Shown: positions 30,425 through 41,192, numbered from the stretch's first letter. The stretch: 64,000 nucleotides of DNA from Diplonema japonicum (GCA_964019335.1 OZ025710.1:186001-250000); one strand, 5' to 3'. The notes: a model not told the origin generated them from the letters alone. Made by a program: numbers and translations.

Positions 30425-33097
30425 TTAAAGCTCAAACACCTCTTTATGGAAAGGCACACCCGCATTCAATGAAGCGGACTCCACGTCAAACACCATCGGC
30501 CCAGGACCGCATGCAAAAACTACGCTTCGCGAAGGATCAACACTGCCGAAAATACCCTGCCAGTTAGGCCGCCCATACGAAATGGGAAGCAGTGTCTCAT
30601 AAAGCCCACCACCAACTCCTTGATTCTTGGAGAAGCTCGGGAAGGAAGAAAGCTCAGTGTCGCCATCAGTGTTGTAAAGATGCCACTCAATAGCGTCACC
30701 AGCCGCTTGCTTAATCGCCTCGATTTCATTTGCAAACGGCTCATACGCAGCGGTACCTCTAAACACCCAAGTGACGACCGCCCGTTGGTGCTTCCTCACA
30801 GCTGTGAAGGCCATTTCATGAAGGTAGGAAAGAACAGGGGTGATGCCTACACCACCAGCACAGAAGTAAACGGTAGGAGAGCTGTCAATAGGCGCCATGG
30901 GCACACCCCAAGGGCCTTGAACTTGAACATTGGTAACATTGGTAATTGTTTTTGCCATGTTTGTCCACTGTCCCATCCCCATGTCTTTGATGTGAACGGA
31001 AAATGTGGTAGTCCCGTCGAGCTCCCTGTCGAGGGAGGAGATGGAGAACGGGTGCCATTCGTGGAAGGAGATCTCGGGTACCTTCAAGCTGACCCACTGT
31101 CCGGGCTTTGCGTCGAAACCTTCCTTGTTGATGGTCACCTTTGTGATGTTGTTGATCACCGTTACCTTCGTCACTATAGTGGCCTTCGTCGCCCTGTAGT
31201 ACCTCAGGCAAATATCGAACACGTACAACAACAACGGAACTGCGCTGAACACCATGAGCGAGGGGTAGTGGATCCATGCCATCGGGTACAAGATGGCGTA
31301 GCCCAAGTGCATAATGACGAACAAGTTCCACTGCTTCCTCCTCAGGAAGGCAGCGGTGACCACCATAACGATGCACACGACCCACGCCAAGAACCCTGCA
31401 AGGGGGGGACCGTGTGGGTACCCAATGTCCCATTTGAACAGCCTCTCCCAACCCTTTTTGATCGAATCGCGCATGGAGTCTCCCTTAGCGTAGTTCCCTG
31501 TGTACGCACCGTTCCATACAAGCGGTGCACCGTGGCGGTAGTACTGCGAGTGGGCCACCCACATCCCCAACATATGCGCCGTCATGAGGATCAGGATCCA
31601 AAGGCCGAGCTTCTTGTGGAACTTCAAAGCGCGTTCGAAGGGGATCCCGAAAAGGCCCAGGAGGACGCTGTTTCTCGACACAGGGAAGAGCTGTATGGTC
31701 AGCATACCCACCACCATGCCGCCCAGCCCTCTAGGGATCTTCCCCACCAGGTTGTTGAGCGTTGCGTGGTTCCACACGTACAGGAAGCACAGCACAAGCC
31801 ACCCCACGATCCACAGCGAGATGCACAGCTCCGCCCACGTTGTCCTCAACGGCACAGGGGAGTACAGGTCCAAGTAGAACAACGGTGTCCCTGGACGGGT
31901 CGGGCCGCACAGAGGGGCCTGGTATGTCCCCTTGAAGTAGATACCTGCAATGCCCATGACAATGAAGAGCATCACCCACACAGCAATGAGGGCCACGATG
32001 GGCTCGCCATTGGTGCCCCTCGAGTCGAAGTAGATCATGCCCCCGTACCTGTGCTTGTGCTTGTTCTCCGTCATCTTCGACCAAATGAAGTACGGCTGGT
32101 GGGCGTTGGTCGACCGCGAGCATCCGTGGTGCCCCGTGCAGCCCTGGCCGTCGATCACGCCATACTTAGGAAGGAAGGGTAGCTTTTGTGCGTTTCCGGC
32201 GTTATCCCCAGCGTCGTCTCCATGTGCGTCGCCGGTGTCTCCCTTTGCATCGCCAGTGTCTCCATGTGCATCGCCAGTGTCCCCCTTTGCATCGCCAGTG
32301 TCCCCCTTTGCATCGCCAGTGTCCCCCTTTGCATCGCCAGTGTCCCCCTTTGCATCGCCAGCAGCATCAGCAGTGTCAGCAACCGCGTCACCCCCAGCAG
32401 TGTCAGCAGCAGTGTTATCTCCAGCAGTGTCACCTGCCTTTGCAGTGTCACCAGAGGCAGTGTCGGCAGCAGTGTCACCACCAGCGTCGTCACCGGTAGC
32501 CACCGCCCTCCTGACCTTGCTCGAGTCCCCATGGGCGTCACCAGTATCGCCTGCCTTTGCAGTGTCGCCAGAGGCAGTGTCGCCATGGGCAGCGTCACCG
32601 GCAGCAGTGTCTCCTGCCTTTGCAGTGTCACCAGAAACAGCGTCCCCTGCAGCAGTGTCCCCTGCCTTTGCAGTGTCGCCTCCAGCAGTGTCTCCCGCCT
32701 TTGCAGTGTCACCAGAAACAGCGTCCCCTGCAGCAGTGTCCCCTGCTTTTGCAGTGTCACCTCCAGCAGTGTCACCTCCAGTAGTGTCGCCTCCAGCAGT
32801 GTCACCTCCAGCAGTGTCACCTCCAGCAGTGTCACCTCCAGCAGTGTCACCTCCAGCAGTGTCGCCTCCAGCAGTGTCACCTCCAGCAGTGTCGCCTCCA
32901 GCAGTATCGCCATGCCCATCGGTCCCTGTGGAGTCCCCACTCTTCCCGTCACCACCATCCACGTCACCACCGCCGTCATCACCATCGCCACCACCATCGC
33001 CATCGCCCCCGCCAACTCTTTCCACTCTCGCGAAGCCCATGCTCATCATGATTACCCATACGGCAAGGAGTAAGAGTGCAAAAGATAATTTTAACAT
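30425..33097 (-). CDS. Ferric reductase/NADPH-oxidase superfamily flavocytochrome with N-terminal Gly/Asp/Thr/Ala repeat domain
   Basis: SRNS..GIPFERALKFHKKLG, heme His residues, EWHPFSISS (FAD), GPWG, AGGVGITP, ACGP and HKEVFEL*. Confidence 0.92.
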   Translation of the reverse strand: MLKLSFALLLLAVWVIMMSMGFARVERVGGGDGDGGGDGDDGGGDVDGGDGKSGDSTGTDGHGDTAGGDTAGGDTAGGDTAGGDTAGGDTAGGDTAGGDTAGGDTTGGDTAGGDTAKAGDTAAGDAVSGDTAKAGDTAGGDTAKAGDTAAGDAVSGDTAKAGDTAAGDAAHGDTASGDTAKAGDTGDAHGDSSKVRRAVATGDDAGGDTAADTASGDTAKAGDTAGDNTAADTAGGDAVADTADAAGDAKGDTGDAKGDTGDAKGDTGDAKGDTGDAHGDTGDAKGDTGDAHGDDAGDNAGNAQKLPFLPKYGVIDGQGCTGHHGCSRSTNAHQPYFIWSKMTENKHKHRYGGMIYFDSRGTNGEPIVALIAVWVMLFIVMGIAGIYFKGTYQAPLCGPTRPGTPLFYLDLYSPVPLRTTWAELCISLWIVGWLVLCFLYVWNHATLNNLVGKIPRGLGGMVVGMLTIQLFPVSRNSVLLGLFGIPFERALKFHKKLGLWILILMTAHMLGMWVAHSQYYRHGAPLVWNGAYTGNYAKGDSMRDSIKKGWERLFKWDIGYPHGPPLAGFLAWVVCIVMVVTAAFLRRKQWNLFVIMHLGYAILYPMAWIHYPSLMVFSAVPLLLYVFDICLRYYRATKATIVTKVTVINNITKVTINKEGFDAKPGQWVSLKVPEISFHEWHPFSISSLDRELDGTTTFSVHIKDMGMGQWTNMAKTITNVTNVQVQGPWGVPMAPIDSSPTVYFCAGGVGITPVLSYLHEMAFTAVRKHQRAVVTWVFRGTAAYEPFANEIEAIKQAAGDAIEWHLYNTDGDTELSSFPSFSKNQGVGGGLYETLLPISYGRPNWQGIFGSVDPSRSVVFACGPGPMVFDVESASLNAGVPFHKEVFEL
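32205..32912. repeat. Coding minisatellite: 15-nt (GDTAG) and 21-nt (GDAKGDT) units
   Basis: About 10 tandem CCAGCAGTGTC(A/G)CCT units at ~32756-32910 and GCATCGCCAGTGTCCCCCTTT units at ~32230-32360. Confidence 0.95.
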
Positions 33098-33184
33098 TTT
33101 TTAGACTCACTTCCTTAGAAGGAACCTGTAGTATGGATAAGTGACGTGGAAAGAAACAGGGAAAGGGGCAAACAAGAAAAGAAA

Positions 33185-34477
33185 TCAACTCTTCCTACCT
33201 TTTCTAAAGGCAGCCAGCAATTCGCTCTGCAGTTCAGCCCGAAGGTCCCCCGCACCTGTGCCCGGAGGTTTCGCAGCGCTACTGCATTCACCCTCTTCTT
33301 CTTGCAGCATGCAAACGGTGGTTTCACGGGGTTTTGGCAGCGGTGGAGGAGGTGCTTGCAAAGGTGTTGCGGTGGGTCCCTGGAACGAGGGCCGGCTGGT
33401 GGCAGGGAGCAGCCCTGCAGCCATGTAAACGAGGTTTCTCTCCTCGTATTCTTGTTCTTGTAGGTTATCGGTTTCTTCCCCCTTTTGTTCTTCTTCGCAT
33501 TCTCCTATTTCATCAACTGAACGACATTCTCCACCATGAGCAAACCCCATGTCCTCCATCACAGGCAATCCCACGTCTATCTGCCTCCACTTCACCATCA
33601 CACGCTCCAGAACCTCAATTCCCTCTTTTCGCCCGAAAATGGCGTCGGTGTCATATTTTAACAATTCACTGTCCACCACACGCTTGAGGCTGTCAAGGGA
33701 GCAGACTGTGTTAGTTCCTTCAGAAGACCGGTGTAGATATGCGGCTGGGCTATGGCAAACCGGGAACCGCGTAGTCAATGCAGGCCTTAAACAAGCCTCC
33801 GCACGGCGCATGTTAACATTGAAGAGAGCAGCTTGGAAAAACCACAGGAAGGTCCCGGTTTTGAAATCCTGTCTTAACGTGGTGGAAGAAGTGTGTATGT
33901 CTATCTCAATAGATTTTCGCAGGGATTTTATACATGTAAGGGAACATACAGCGTTCGAGTTGGGTGCGAGACCACCAAGTTGTTTTTCGCATTTGAGCAG
34001 GGATCTGTGGAAGAATTCAAGGGACCGTTCGGTGTGGTGCTGCTCCGGTGTTCGTTTAAGCGCTTGTGTCATGACATCCTCGGTGGCTTTTGTTTCGATG
34101 TTTCTGCATTTTGCGATTAGGTTTGAGGAGAGTTCTTCACATTGGTTCAACAGTTTTCTTTCGATAAGAGTTTTCAGCTTTTGTACGCCCAAGGCCGTTC
34201 CCACCAACACCGGGAGCCACAGGAATAAAACCCGGTTTTGTTTTTTCTGTGTGGACGTAGACAGTGCAGCCCCTGCAAAACATGTTATGATTAATGAGGT
34301 GGCAGTGTCAACGGGGGAGCGTGACGGTCCGGCTTTGTTGGATTGGGTATTGTCGGTACCTTTGGGGATTTCTTGTGTTTCCCCTTCCCCTTCCTTGCTG
34401 GAGCGAATATTCCCGAAATCGTTTAAAGATTCCGGACCCATCTCCATTTGTTCCAGCGCTTCTAGATATGGATCCAT
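33185..34477 (-). CDS. Hypothetical protein with two N-proximal hydrophobic segments and Pro-rich C-terminus
   Basis: 430-aa ORF with an A-tract before the ATG; ends APPPPLPKP...LQSELLAAFRKG. Confidence 0.8.
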   Translation of the reverse strand: MDPYLEALEQMEMGPESLNDFGNIRSSKEGEGETQEIPKGTDNTQSNKAGPSRSPVDTATSLIITCFAGAALSTSTQKKQNRVLFLWLPVLVGTALGVQKLKTLIERKLLNQCEELSSNLIAKCRNIETKATEDVMTQALKRTPEQHHTERSLEFFHRSLLKCEKQLGGLAPNSNAVCSLTCIKSLRKSIEIDIHTSSTTLRQDFKTGTFLWFFQAALFNVNMRRAEACLRPALTTRFPVCHSPAAYLHRSSEGTNTVCSLDSLKRVVDSELLKYDTDAIFGRKEGIEVLERVMVKWRQIDVGLPVMEDMGFAHGGECRSVDEIGECEEEQKGEETDNLQEQEYEERNLVYMAAGLLPATSRPSFQGPTATPLQAPPPPLPKPRETTVCMLQEEEGECSSAAKPPGTGAGDLRAELQSELLAAFRKGRKS

Positions 34478-35408
34478 TTTTTTTTATCTTTTTTTATTTT
34501 TTTAAAAGGTTTTACATTTGCTGGGAGGGGGGGGGGGGGGGGGGTTCTTCCTGCTTTTATTCCCCCCTGCATCGAAACGCCGCAACATAAATAGAAGTAA
34601 TACAGTAATAATAGTAAAAAAGAAAAATAAAAAACTGAAAAAAAAAGAAACGAAAGAATGAGAAACCATTTTTTTTTTTTTTGGGAAAGGATGTGGAAAA
34701 AAAAAAGAAAAAGAGGGGGACGGTTATTTCTTTTCTTTTTTTCTTTTTTTTTTTCGTTTTGGCTGGTAATGGTTTGGTTGTGTGGTGTGTGTGTGTGTGT
34801 GTTTAATGGAAACGAAAGAAAAAAAAAAGAGAAAAAAAAAAAAACAAAAGCTTGTACATATAAACCCTCGTTTGTTAAAGAAAAAAGAAAAAAAAGAAGG
34901 AAAAAAACTAAACCTGCCCGCCACATCTCTAAATACCGCCAAGCAAAATCCGACGGTGGTCCTGTAGTGACCTTTTTTTAAATATACGTTGTGCTTCCCC
35001 AGGTAAAAAAACTCTCAAAATAAATTGATATTTTCAAAGGATTTAAGGATGGGACACAGTTTTTTTTTTCTTCCTCGAGTCATACTAAAGTGGAGCTTGA
35101 TGGGCTTTTAGAGATATGGTGGGCAAACGACGAATAAAAAAAAAAAAAACTACTTCTCGGTCATTTTCTTCTTTCTTTCACCTTTTTTTTTAATGAATCC
35201 CCTTTTCCCACCTCTTGAGTCGTAAGAGTTGTAAATTTAAATGTTGATTGGAATTAAGAAAAAAAAACCTAAACCAAGGAAGCAGAGGGGGGGGGGGGGG
35301 GGGGGGGTCACATGGTCCTTAAAAACGTGGTAAACGTGAACTAAAAGGTTTTTAAAAAAATTTTCTAAGGCAAAAAAAGAAAAAAAAAAAGAAAAAAAAA
35401 TAGCTATT

Positions 35409-35470
35409 TACTGCCAACAAGTAATGACTTTACCGTTACCTCGAGGTCGGTAAAGCATTACTTGGCGGTA
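35409..35470. repeat. Near-perfect 62-bp palindrome centred on ACCTCGAGGT
   Basis: CAAGTAATG 35418-26 pairs with CATTACTTG 35456-64; CTTTACCG 35428-35 pairs with CGGTAAAG 35448-55. Confidence 0.9.
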
Positions 35471-35811
35471 GGTAAGTGGTTTTATTTCACGACACTCTGA
35501 AATTACTTCACCACGAGGGGCACAACAGGGTGACAAGGGGTACAACAAGAGAGGGGTTACAAAGGTTACAAACAAGTTGTTTTTCCTCCTTTTGTTGACT
35601 AAGAGCTGCCGCTGTCGCTGGCATTGCCACTGTCACCATCTCTAATCAGGCCTTCCCATACCTGGCGTGGCCGCTGACTCCTTTTCTTCTGCTGCTTCGG
35701 TATTTTGAAGTCTTTTGGGGTGCTTGGGTAAGCTGACCAAGTTACCCTTACCCACAGAAGAGTTACCCACAGAAACTGGGAACAAGGCCTAGCCAAAAGT
35801 GGGCAAATTGG

Positions 35812-35949
35812 GAGGAAAAAGTAGTCCAACTTGGAACTGAGCCGAGGCAAAAGTTGGCCAATTGAGCTGAACCTGGGGGGAAATAGCAAACTGAGAGGAA
35901 AAAGTAGCCCCACTGGGAACCGAACCGAGGCTAAAATTGGCCTACCGAG
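35812..35949. repeat. Degenerate ~55-bp direct repeat (83-bp offset)
   Basis: GAGGAAAAAGTAG..ACT.GGAAC.GA.CCGAGGC.AAA.TTGGCC at 35812 and 35895. Confidence 0.8.
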
Positions 35950-35953
35950 GCAT

Positions 35954-36080
35954 ATTATTTAACGGAAACCCCCTATTACTTCACGGAAAACAGGCCATTA
36001 TTTCACCGTGAAGTAATGAGATTTAGCGTGAAGTAATGGGGCCCCCAGTGCGTGAAGTAATTTTTGAAGAGTGAAATAAA
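35954..36080. repeat. Dyad-symmetric array of GTGAAGTAAT-like 10-mers
   Basis: Reverse copies at 35954, 35975 and 35997; forward copies at 36008, 36028, 36052 and 36071; further reverse copies at 35481 and 35502. Confidence 0.85.
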
Positions 36081-36406
36081 AAAAAAAACCACCCAATACC
36101 CTCTAAATTAACCAAAGAAAAAAAAAATCAAAATTCGTGCTTTATTTGTATTTTTGAAAACAGTGACCACGGTTTGGTACCTGAAATCTTTGCAGAAACC
36201 AAACTTACCCATCCTAACCTCGGGAAAATGATAGATATTCATTAGAAATACCGTGCAAAACACAGAATAGTTCACAATACAACGCAAGACTGTACTCTGC
36301 AGTTCAAACGGAAGCGGCGTCCTGCAAACCATGCGAAAATCGATTTTTTTGGTTGAGGATGGGGTGCGAATAAAAAACCCACTTAGTGCCACTACCATGT
36401 GACCCC

Positions 36407-36565
36407 CCCCCTAGGGCTATGCTGGCAAGAAACGGGGAAACGTTTCCTTATCCGTTTCCCCATTTTTCAGATACCTCAGGAAACACGTCCCCTTCTTAAG
36501 GAAACGCGCCCCAAAGTAAGGAAACGTTTCTGTTTCCGTTTCCTTGCCAGCATAGCCCTAGGGGG
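36407..36565. mobile_element. MITE-like foldback element (159 bp)
   Basis: Perfect 23-bp inverted termini CCCCCTAGGGCTATGCTGGCAAG, an inner 14-bp inverted repeat GAAACGTTTCCTTA and repeated GGAAAC; non-coding. Confidence 0.7.
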
Positions 36566-36587
36566 AGGGGAGAAACTGGGATCAATA

Positions 36588-36633
<46 letters not shown>

Positions 36634-37807
36634 AAATGCAATCTATATTTTGCATCACGAGAGAAGAAAAAGAAGAAAAAACTTAGACAAAACAAACAAA
36701 CACGGGTGGGGAGGCAACATGCGAAACGAATCAACACAAAAAAAAGGGGGAGAGCTCTGAATGTCACACAACATGCACTCCATTCGTGCCAGGAAAGCAA
36801 AATAAGAAAAAAAAGAGCTATATTTTCAAAACAAAAAATTGATTTGGCTTTTTGGGCAGAAGTCCATGGCATCAGTTTCGTACCAAATTTGGCTCGCATT
36901 CATTTATATGTTTTTTTACCCCCCCCAAAAAAGAGAGGGATCAACTCAGTAACGACCGAAAGTGTCGGCCAGAGCCAAAGAGCGCACCCGAATGGATATC
37001 AAACCTGTCAGCATTATCTATTGGTGTATTGAAAACATGTTTGAAAAGGTTAATTCTTCGTTCTTCTTCTTCTTCTTTTTTTTTTTTAAAGAATCGAATT
37101 TAAACGTTTTCATTTTTTTTTTTAAATCTTATCCTGATTTATGGCGTTCTTGCCTTCATGGTCGCGCCCTGAGCGCTCAAAAAAAAAAAAAAAAAAAAAA
37201 AAAAACCCTCATATTGTAAAGTGAAAGTCTTTGTGAACCTGACAAATAAGAATTTTTAATTTGCTCTGTTTTGAATTGAAAGGGTTTCAGTACCTACACA
37301 ACTAAATTAGGAGGAAAAATAAAAAGGAAATAAACAAAATCGTAATTGCCACCTTCATATGTTCACAGTATTTTTATTTTAATTCTTCACCTTGACAATA
37401 ACTGAGAGTTTTTTTTCCCTTTTTTTTTCCTTTTTTTTTGGTACTGCAGGTTAAATAGCAAAACAGTGTGGCAATTCCAGTCCAAGTGCAAGAAGCAGCA
37501 GTGTGGCTAATGACTAAAGACGACGGGGGCGAAAAAGAAAAAGAAATAACACAAATAGCTTTTTTTTTTTTGTTTTCTTTTTCTCTTTTTTTTTTCCCCC
37601 TTTCCCCGGACAATAGAAGCGTCGATAAAAAAAAAAAAATATGCATCAGCAAAAAAAAACTTTTTTTTTAAAGTTCTTCTTTTAGACTGATAAAATCAGT
37701 TCCGGGATGGAGGAAAAAAAAAAAAAAAAAAAAATGAAAAATAAAAAAAAGGAAGAAAGAAAACAGTAACGCAAAGAGTTAAATTTTTGACTCATTTTTT
37801 GGTCGAT

Positions 37808-37845
<38 letters not shown>

Positions 37846-38174
37846 TACACCCCCCGTTTCGTCATTTGAGCCACTCGCTGGGCCTTTGGAACCAAAATTA
37901 CTGTAATCTGCAACACAGGCCGCCGAAAGGTGTTTCGTTAGTCGTCTGTTAGTGAACAAATGACGAACAGGGTTTAAAAAAACCCTATTAGCTTACCGCT
38001 CTCTCTCTCTCTCCCCCCCCATTTTTTTTTTTTTTTTTTAGCACAAGGGTTGTGGGGGGGAGAGGGGTTTATAAAAATTCGTGAGGTTCGTGGAGAAAAA
38101 CTACTATCCCCTCATTTTTTTTTCTTTCTTTTTTTTTTTTAAATTTATCATCACTTGCCTCCCTTACTCTTAAA

Positions 38175-39185
38175 CTAATAGCCGAAATTGTACTGCTGAG
38201 CCATCAGCATTGAAGCATTGATACGATGGATGTCCGACTCTTGAAGGAAAAGGGTCTTATTTCGGTGTTCATCTGGAAAACAAATTGGGACAAAAAAAAA
38301 AAAGTAAAAACATACTTATTACATGGATGACACAACTCTGTTGTGCCATCCTAACTTGCAGTAGCGGATTATCTTTTTTTTTTTTTTTTTTCTTCTAAAA
38401 AAAAAATCATACCTACTATATACCGCTCCATTTGCTTGCCTTCCATGAAAATATATTGGTTGGCCAACCTGCGAATTGTGTCATAGTGCTGCCCTTCAAT
38501 CATGGCTTCCCGCACTGAGTTCGATCCAATTCGACGCCATTTGTGCTCGATTTCTTTTTTTTTTTTTTTTAAATTTTTTTCTCTTCCACACACCTTGGAT
38601 CAAAACGTAATCGGGGACATCCGGAAGGTTCCCTTTCTGATCGATGCATTGACATTTCTGGGACATGCTGTCGCTCCATAATATTTTTCCTTCGCTCAGC
38701 ATTCTCCGCCATGACAGCCGGTGTGCGAGGTGTTCTCGTTCCAATCTGTAAGCTTCTGAAATTAACAGTTTTATGAAAACTATTCCATCAGAAGCATTTC
38801 GAATTGCAGTACCCGCTCGCATCCGGCTGCAGTGGTGTTCCCAGGAGTGACATTTAGTTCGAAAATTATCGTTGCTAGATGAAACCTGGTCCCACGGAAG
38901 AGTTACTTCACTAGCACGGGGGCCTTGATTTCCCGCGTACATCGTATATTCAGGAGGTGTATACACACAACCTTGGCCTGGCTGTTGTTGTTGTTGTTGT
39001 TGTTGTTGTTGCTGTTGTTGCAATTGTTGTTGCTGTTCCTCCCTTTCTTCGTTTGTTAGTTTTTTCTCAAGCGACTGTAACTGCCGCATGGCCAAAGGCG
39101 GGGGTTCCAAAGATGTTGTGGGTGGGGACGGCGGTATTTCATGAGGAGACGTCCCACCTTTCACCTGAAGGTTGACCGCTGTCAT
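38175..39185 (-). CDS. Hypothetical polyQ-containing protein; introns 38554-38593, 38373-38412, 38273-38315
   Basis: Removing three phase-1 GT-AG introns gives one frame MTAVNLQV...VLIQEIEHKW...YIVDNPLL...VINEHRNK...QQYNFGY*. Confidence 0.75.
38983..39037. repeat. CAA/CAG microsatellite encoding polyglutamine
   Basis: (TGT)n/(TGC) run on the plus strand. Confidence 0.9.
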
Positions 39186-39431
39186 CTTTTTTCTCTCTCT
39201 CTCTTTTTTTTTTTTTTTTTTCTCTTTTTTTTTTTCCCCTTCTTCTTCTTTCCTTTTCTCTCTCTCTCTCAATTATGTTCTCTCTCTTTTTTTTTTTTTT
39301 TTTTTTTTGTTCCCAGAAAAAAAAAAACTTGTCAATTTCTCTCTTTTTTTTTTTTAATATAATCTTGTCTTCAGCATATAAAAAATTCTTTTTTTTTTGA
39401 GAGAAGGGGAGATACAATAAAAGGGGTGTGT

Positions 39432-39464
<33 letters not shown>

Positions 39465-39564
39465 TTGGGGATGCCTGTGGAGAAAAAAAAATGGATGTAA
39501 ATAATATGAAAAAAAAAACAACAAATATAAAAAAAAAAAAATTTTTTTTTGTTCCCCGCTTCTT

Positions 39565-40278
39565 TCAATGAAGTCTTTTTTTCTTCCGTCTTGTTCCGGA
39601 TTTAGCTTTCCCGGTGCTGAATGTTTCTGCGAGCTTGCTGCACTTTTCGCAAATTTTTCCAGCCTCTTCGTGGGTGATAGGTGTCGCGGTGGGCTCACCG
39701 CGTTGATCCTGAAGGGCTTTCTCATGGGCTGCAATAGCACCTCGGAGCAGCTTAGACCCGTCTACAGCATCAGATAAAGTATCTGTCGCCATAAGGGCAT
39801 GGACAACAGCGGCCCCAACTGGATTGTAAATCCCTGCTAGGTGGGTAGCAGTGTGAGCGTGCAGACATTTCACACGATCCGTCAGTAACGTACCCGCGTT
39901 GCCGTATTTTGGGTTGGCTGAGGATGAAGAATGCATTTTCGTGTAAAACTCAGCCTTTTTCGCGGGAAGATATTCCTGCAAAACTGTTTTTTCGTACTCC
40001 TTGTGAGAGTGGTTCAAAAGCTTTTTTGCCTCTTCGCTCCCATCCACCCACTCTTGCAGGACTGTGACTCCATTGAAGCTCTCTAACCTTCCCACACATC
40101 TTGTAATATTCTCACAGACCAGCCACAGCACCGTTGCACCCACTACCTCTTCTGTGCCACCCTTCGCTGCCTCTGCACCGCATAGGGCCTCGTGACCTTT
40201 TTCCCCGCAGGTTAGAATAACGATTTTTCTCGCGTTCTTCTCTTTGATCTCATCTTCTCTTTTTCGTTTTGCTTCCAT
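39565..40278 (-). CDS. DUF501-like protein
   Basis: TVLWLVC...VGRLE and RVKCLHAHTATHLAG..NPVG match the recalled DUF501 signature. Start uncertain. Confidence 0.75.
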   Translation of the reverse strand: MEAKRKREDEIKEKNARKIVILTCGEKGHEALCGAEAAKGGTEEVVGATVLWLVCENITRCVGRLESFNGVTVLQEWVDGSEEAKKLLNHSHKEYEKTVLQEYLPAKKAEFYTKMHSSSSANPKYGNAGTLLTDRVKCLHAHTATHLAGIYNPVGAAVVHALMATDTLSDAVDGSKLLRGAIAAHEKALQDQRGEPTATPITHEEAGKICEKCSKLAETFSTGKAKSGTRRKKKRLH

Positions 40279-40504
40279 ATTTTTTTAAATTTTTTTTTTG
40301 TTCTTTCGGGGGGGAAAAGTGTGGTGGGTATTTTTTTTTTTTTTTTTTTAAACCGGGCTTGTTCTTCGGGTCCTTAGCAAGAAGATGCCCCCTTTTTTTT
40401 GATTTCTTTTGAAAAAAAAAGTTTCCCTTTTCATAAAGAACATTTTTTTTTTCTTTTTCCCACACTTTTGATCCAGAATTTACAAAAAAAAAAAAAATGA
40501 AACA

Positions 40505-40541
<37 letters not shown>

Positions 40542-40999
40542 CGGCGAGGCAGTAGTTGTAGTTGATTTCCCATTTTTTTTTTGCTCTTTCTTACCTTTTT
40601 CGTCTCTTTCCTGCATATTTTTTTATGTTTCATGACGGGTGTTTTCTTTTTCTATTTCTTTTTTTTTTGTTCCCCCCCCTCTCCAAAAAAAAAAGAAAAA
40701 TCTCGCCTCATCACTTTTTTTTTTTCCTCTTCATTCTCTTTCCCCCCCTCAAGGGTTTATTCCCCTTTTCTTTTTTCCCGGAATAACAAATGATTGGACA
40801 ACAAGAAAAAAAAAAAAAGTATTGACATATGATACTGATATAGGGAAGAGGGTCCGAACAGTGGGCAACGACGAAAGAAAAGAACGACTTTTGTGCAGAG
40901 TATGAAAGGTGGGAGAAAGGAGTCCCAAGAAAAAGAAGCGAAAGAAGAGGAGAAAAAAAAAAATACAGCACTGCCTCACCTCTTCTGCGCTACCGATTC

Positions 41000-41158
41000 T
41001 CAGTACCCGTACTGGGCGAGCAGCTTGGCCTGCTTGGGGAGCTCCTTCGACGCCTCAGACTTGGCCTCAGCCCACATCTTGTCGGTGGCCTTCTTGGACT
41101 CGAAGTACTTGGCACCACGGACCTTGCGCTCCTCCTCAAGCTTGGCGACGTCGGCCTG

Positions 41159-41192
<34 letters not shown>

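Noticed and set aside
28178-30465. Many poly-Lys/poly-Phe ORFs in spacers
   Set aside because: Translations of A/T homopolymers that simply lack stop codons.
32037-33104. Alternative-frame repeat ORFs (SPPAV, VTLLE, SSSVT, QCHLQ)
   Set aside because: By-products of the stop-free minisatellite; only the GDTAG frame joins the reductase.
33185-33260. WH2 motif at the C-terminus of the 430-aa protein
   Set aside because: ELLAAFRKG resembles the WH2 helix, but the LKKV-type segment is missing.
35750-36080. CRISPR-like array
   Set aside because: Eukaryotic context; the repeats are short or degenerate and in both orientations, with no cas genes.
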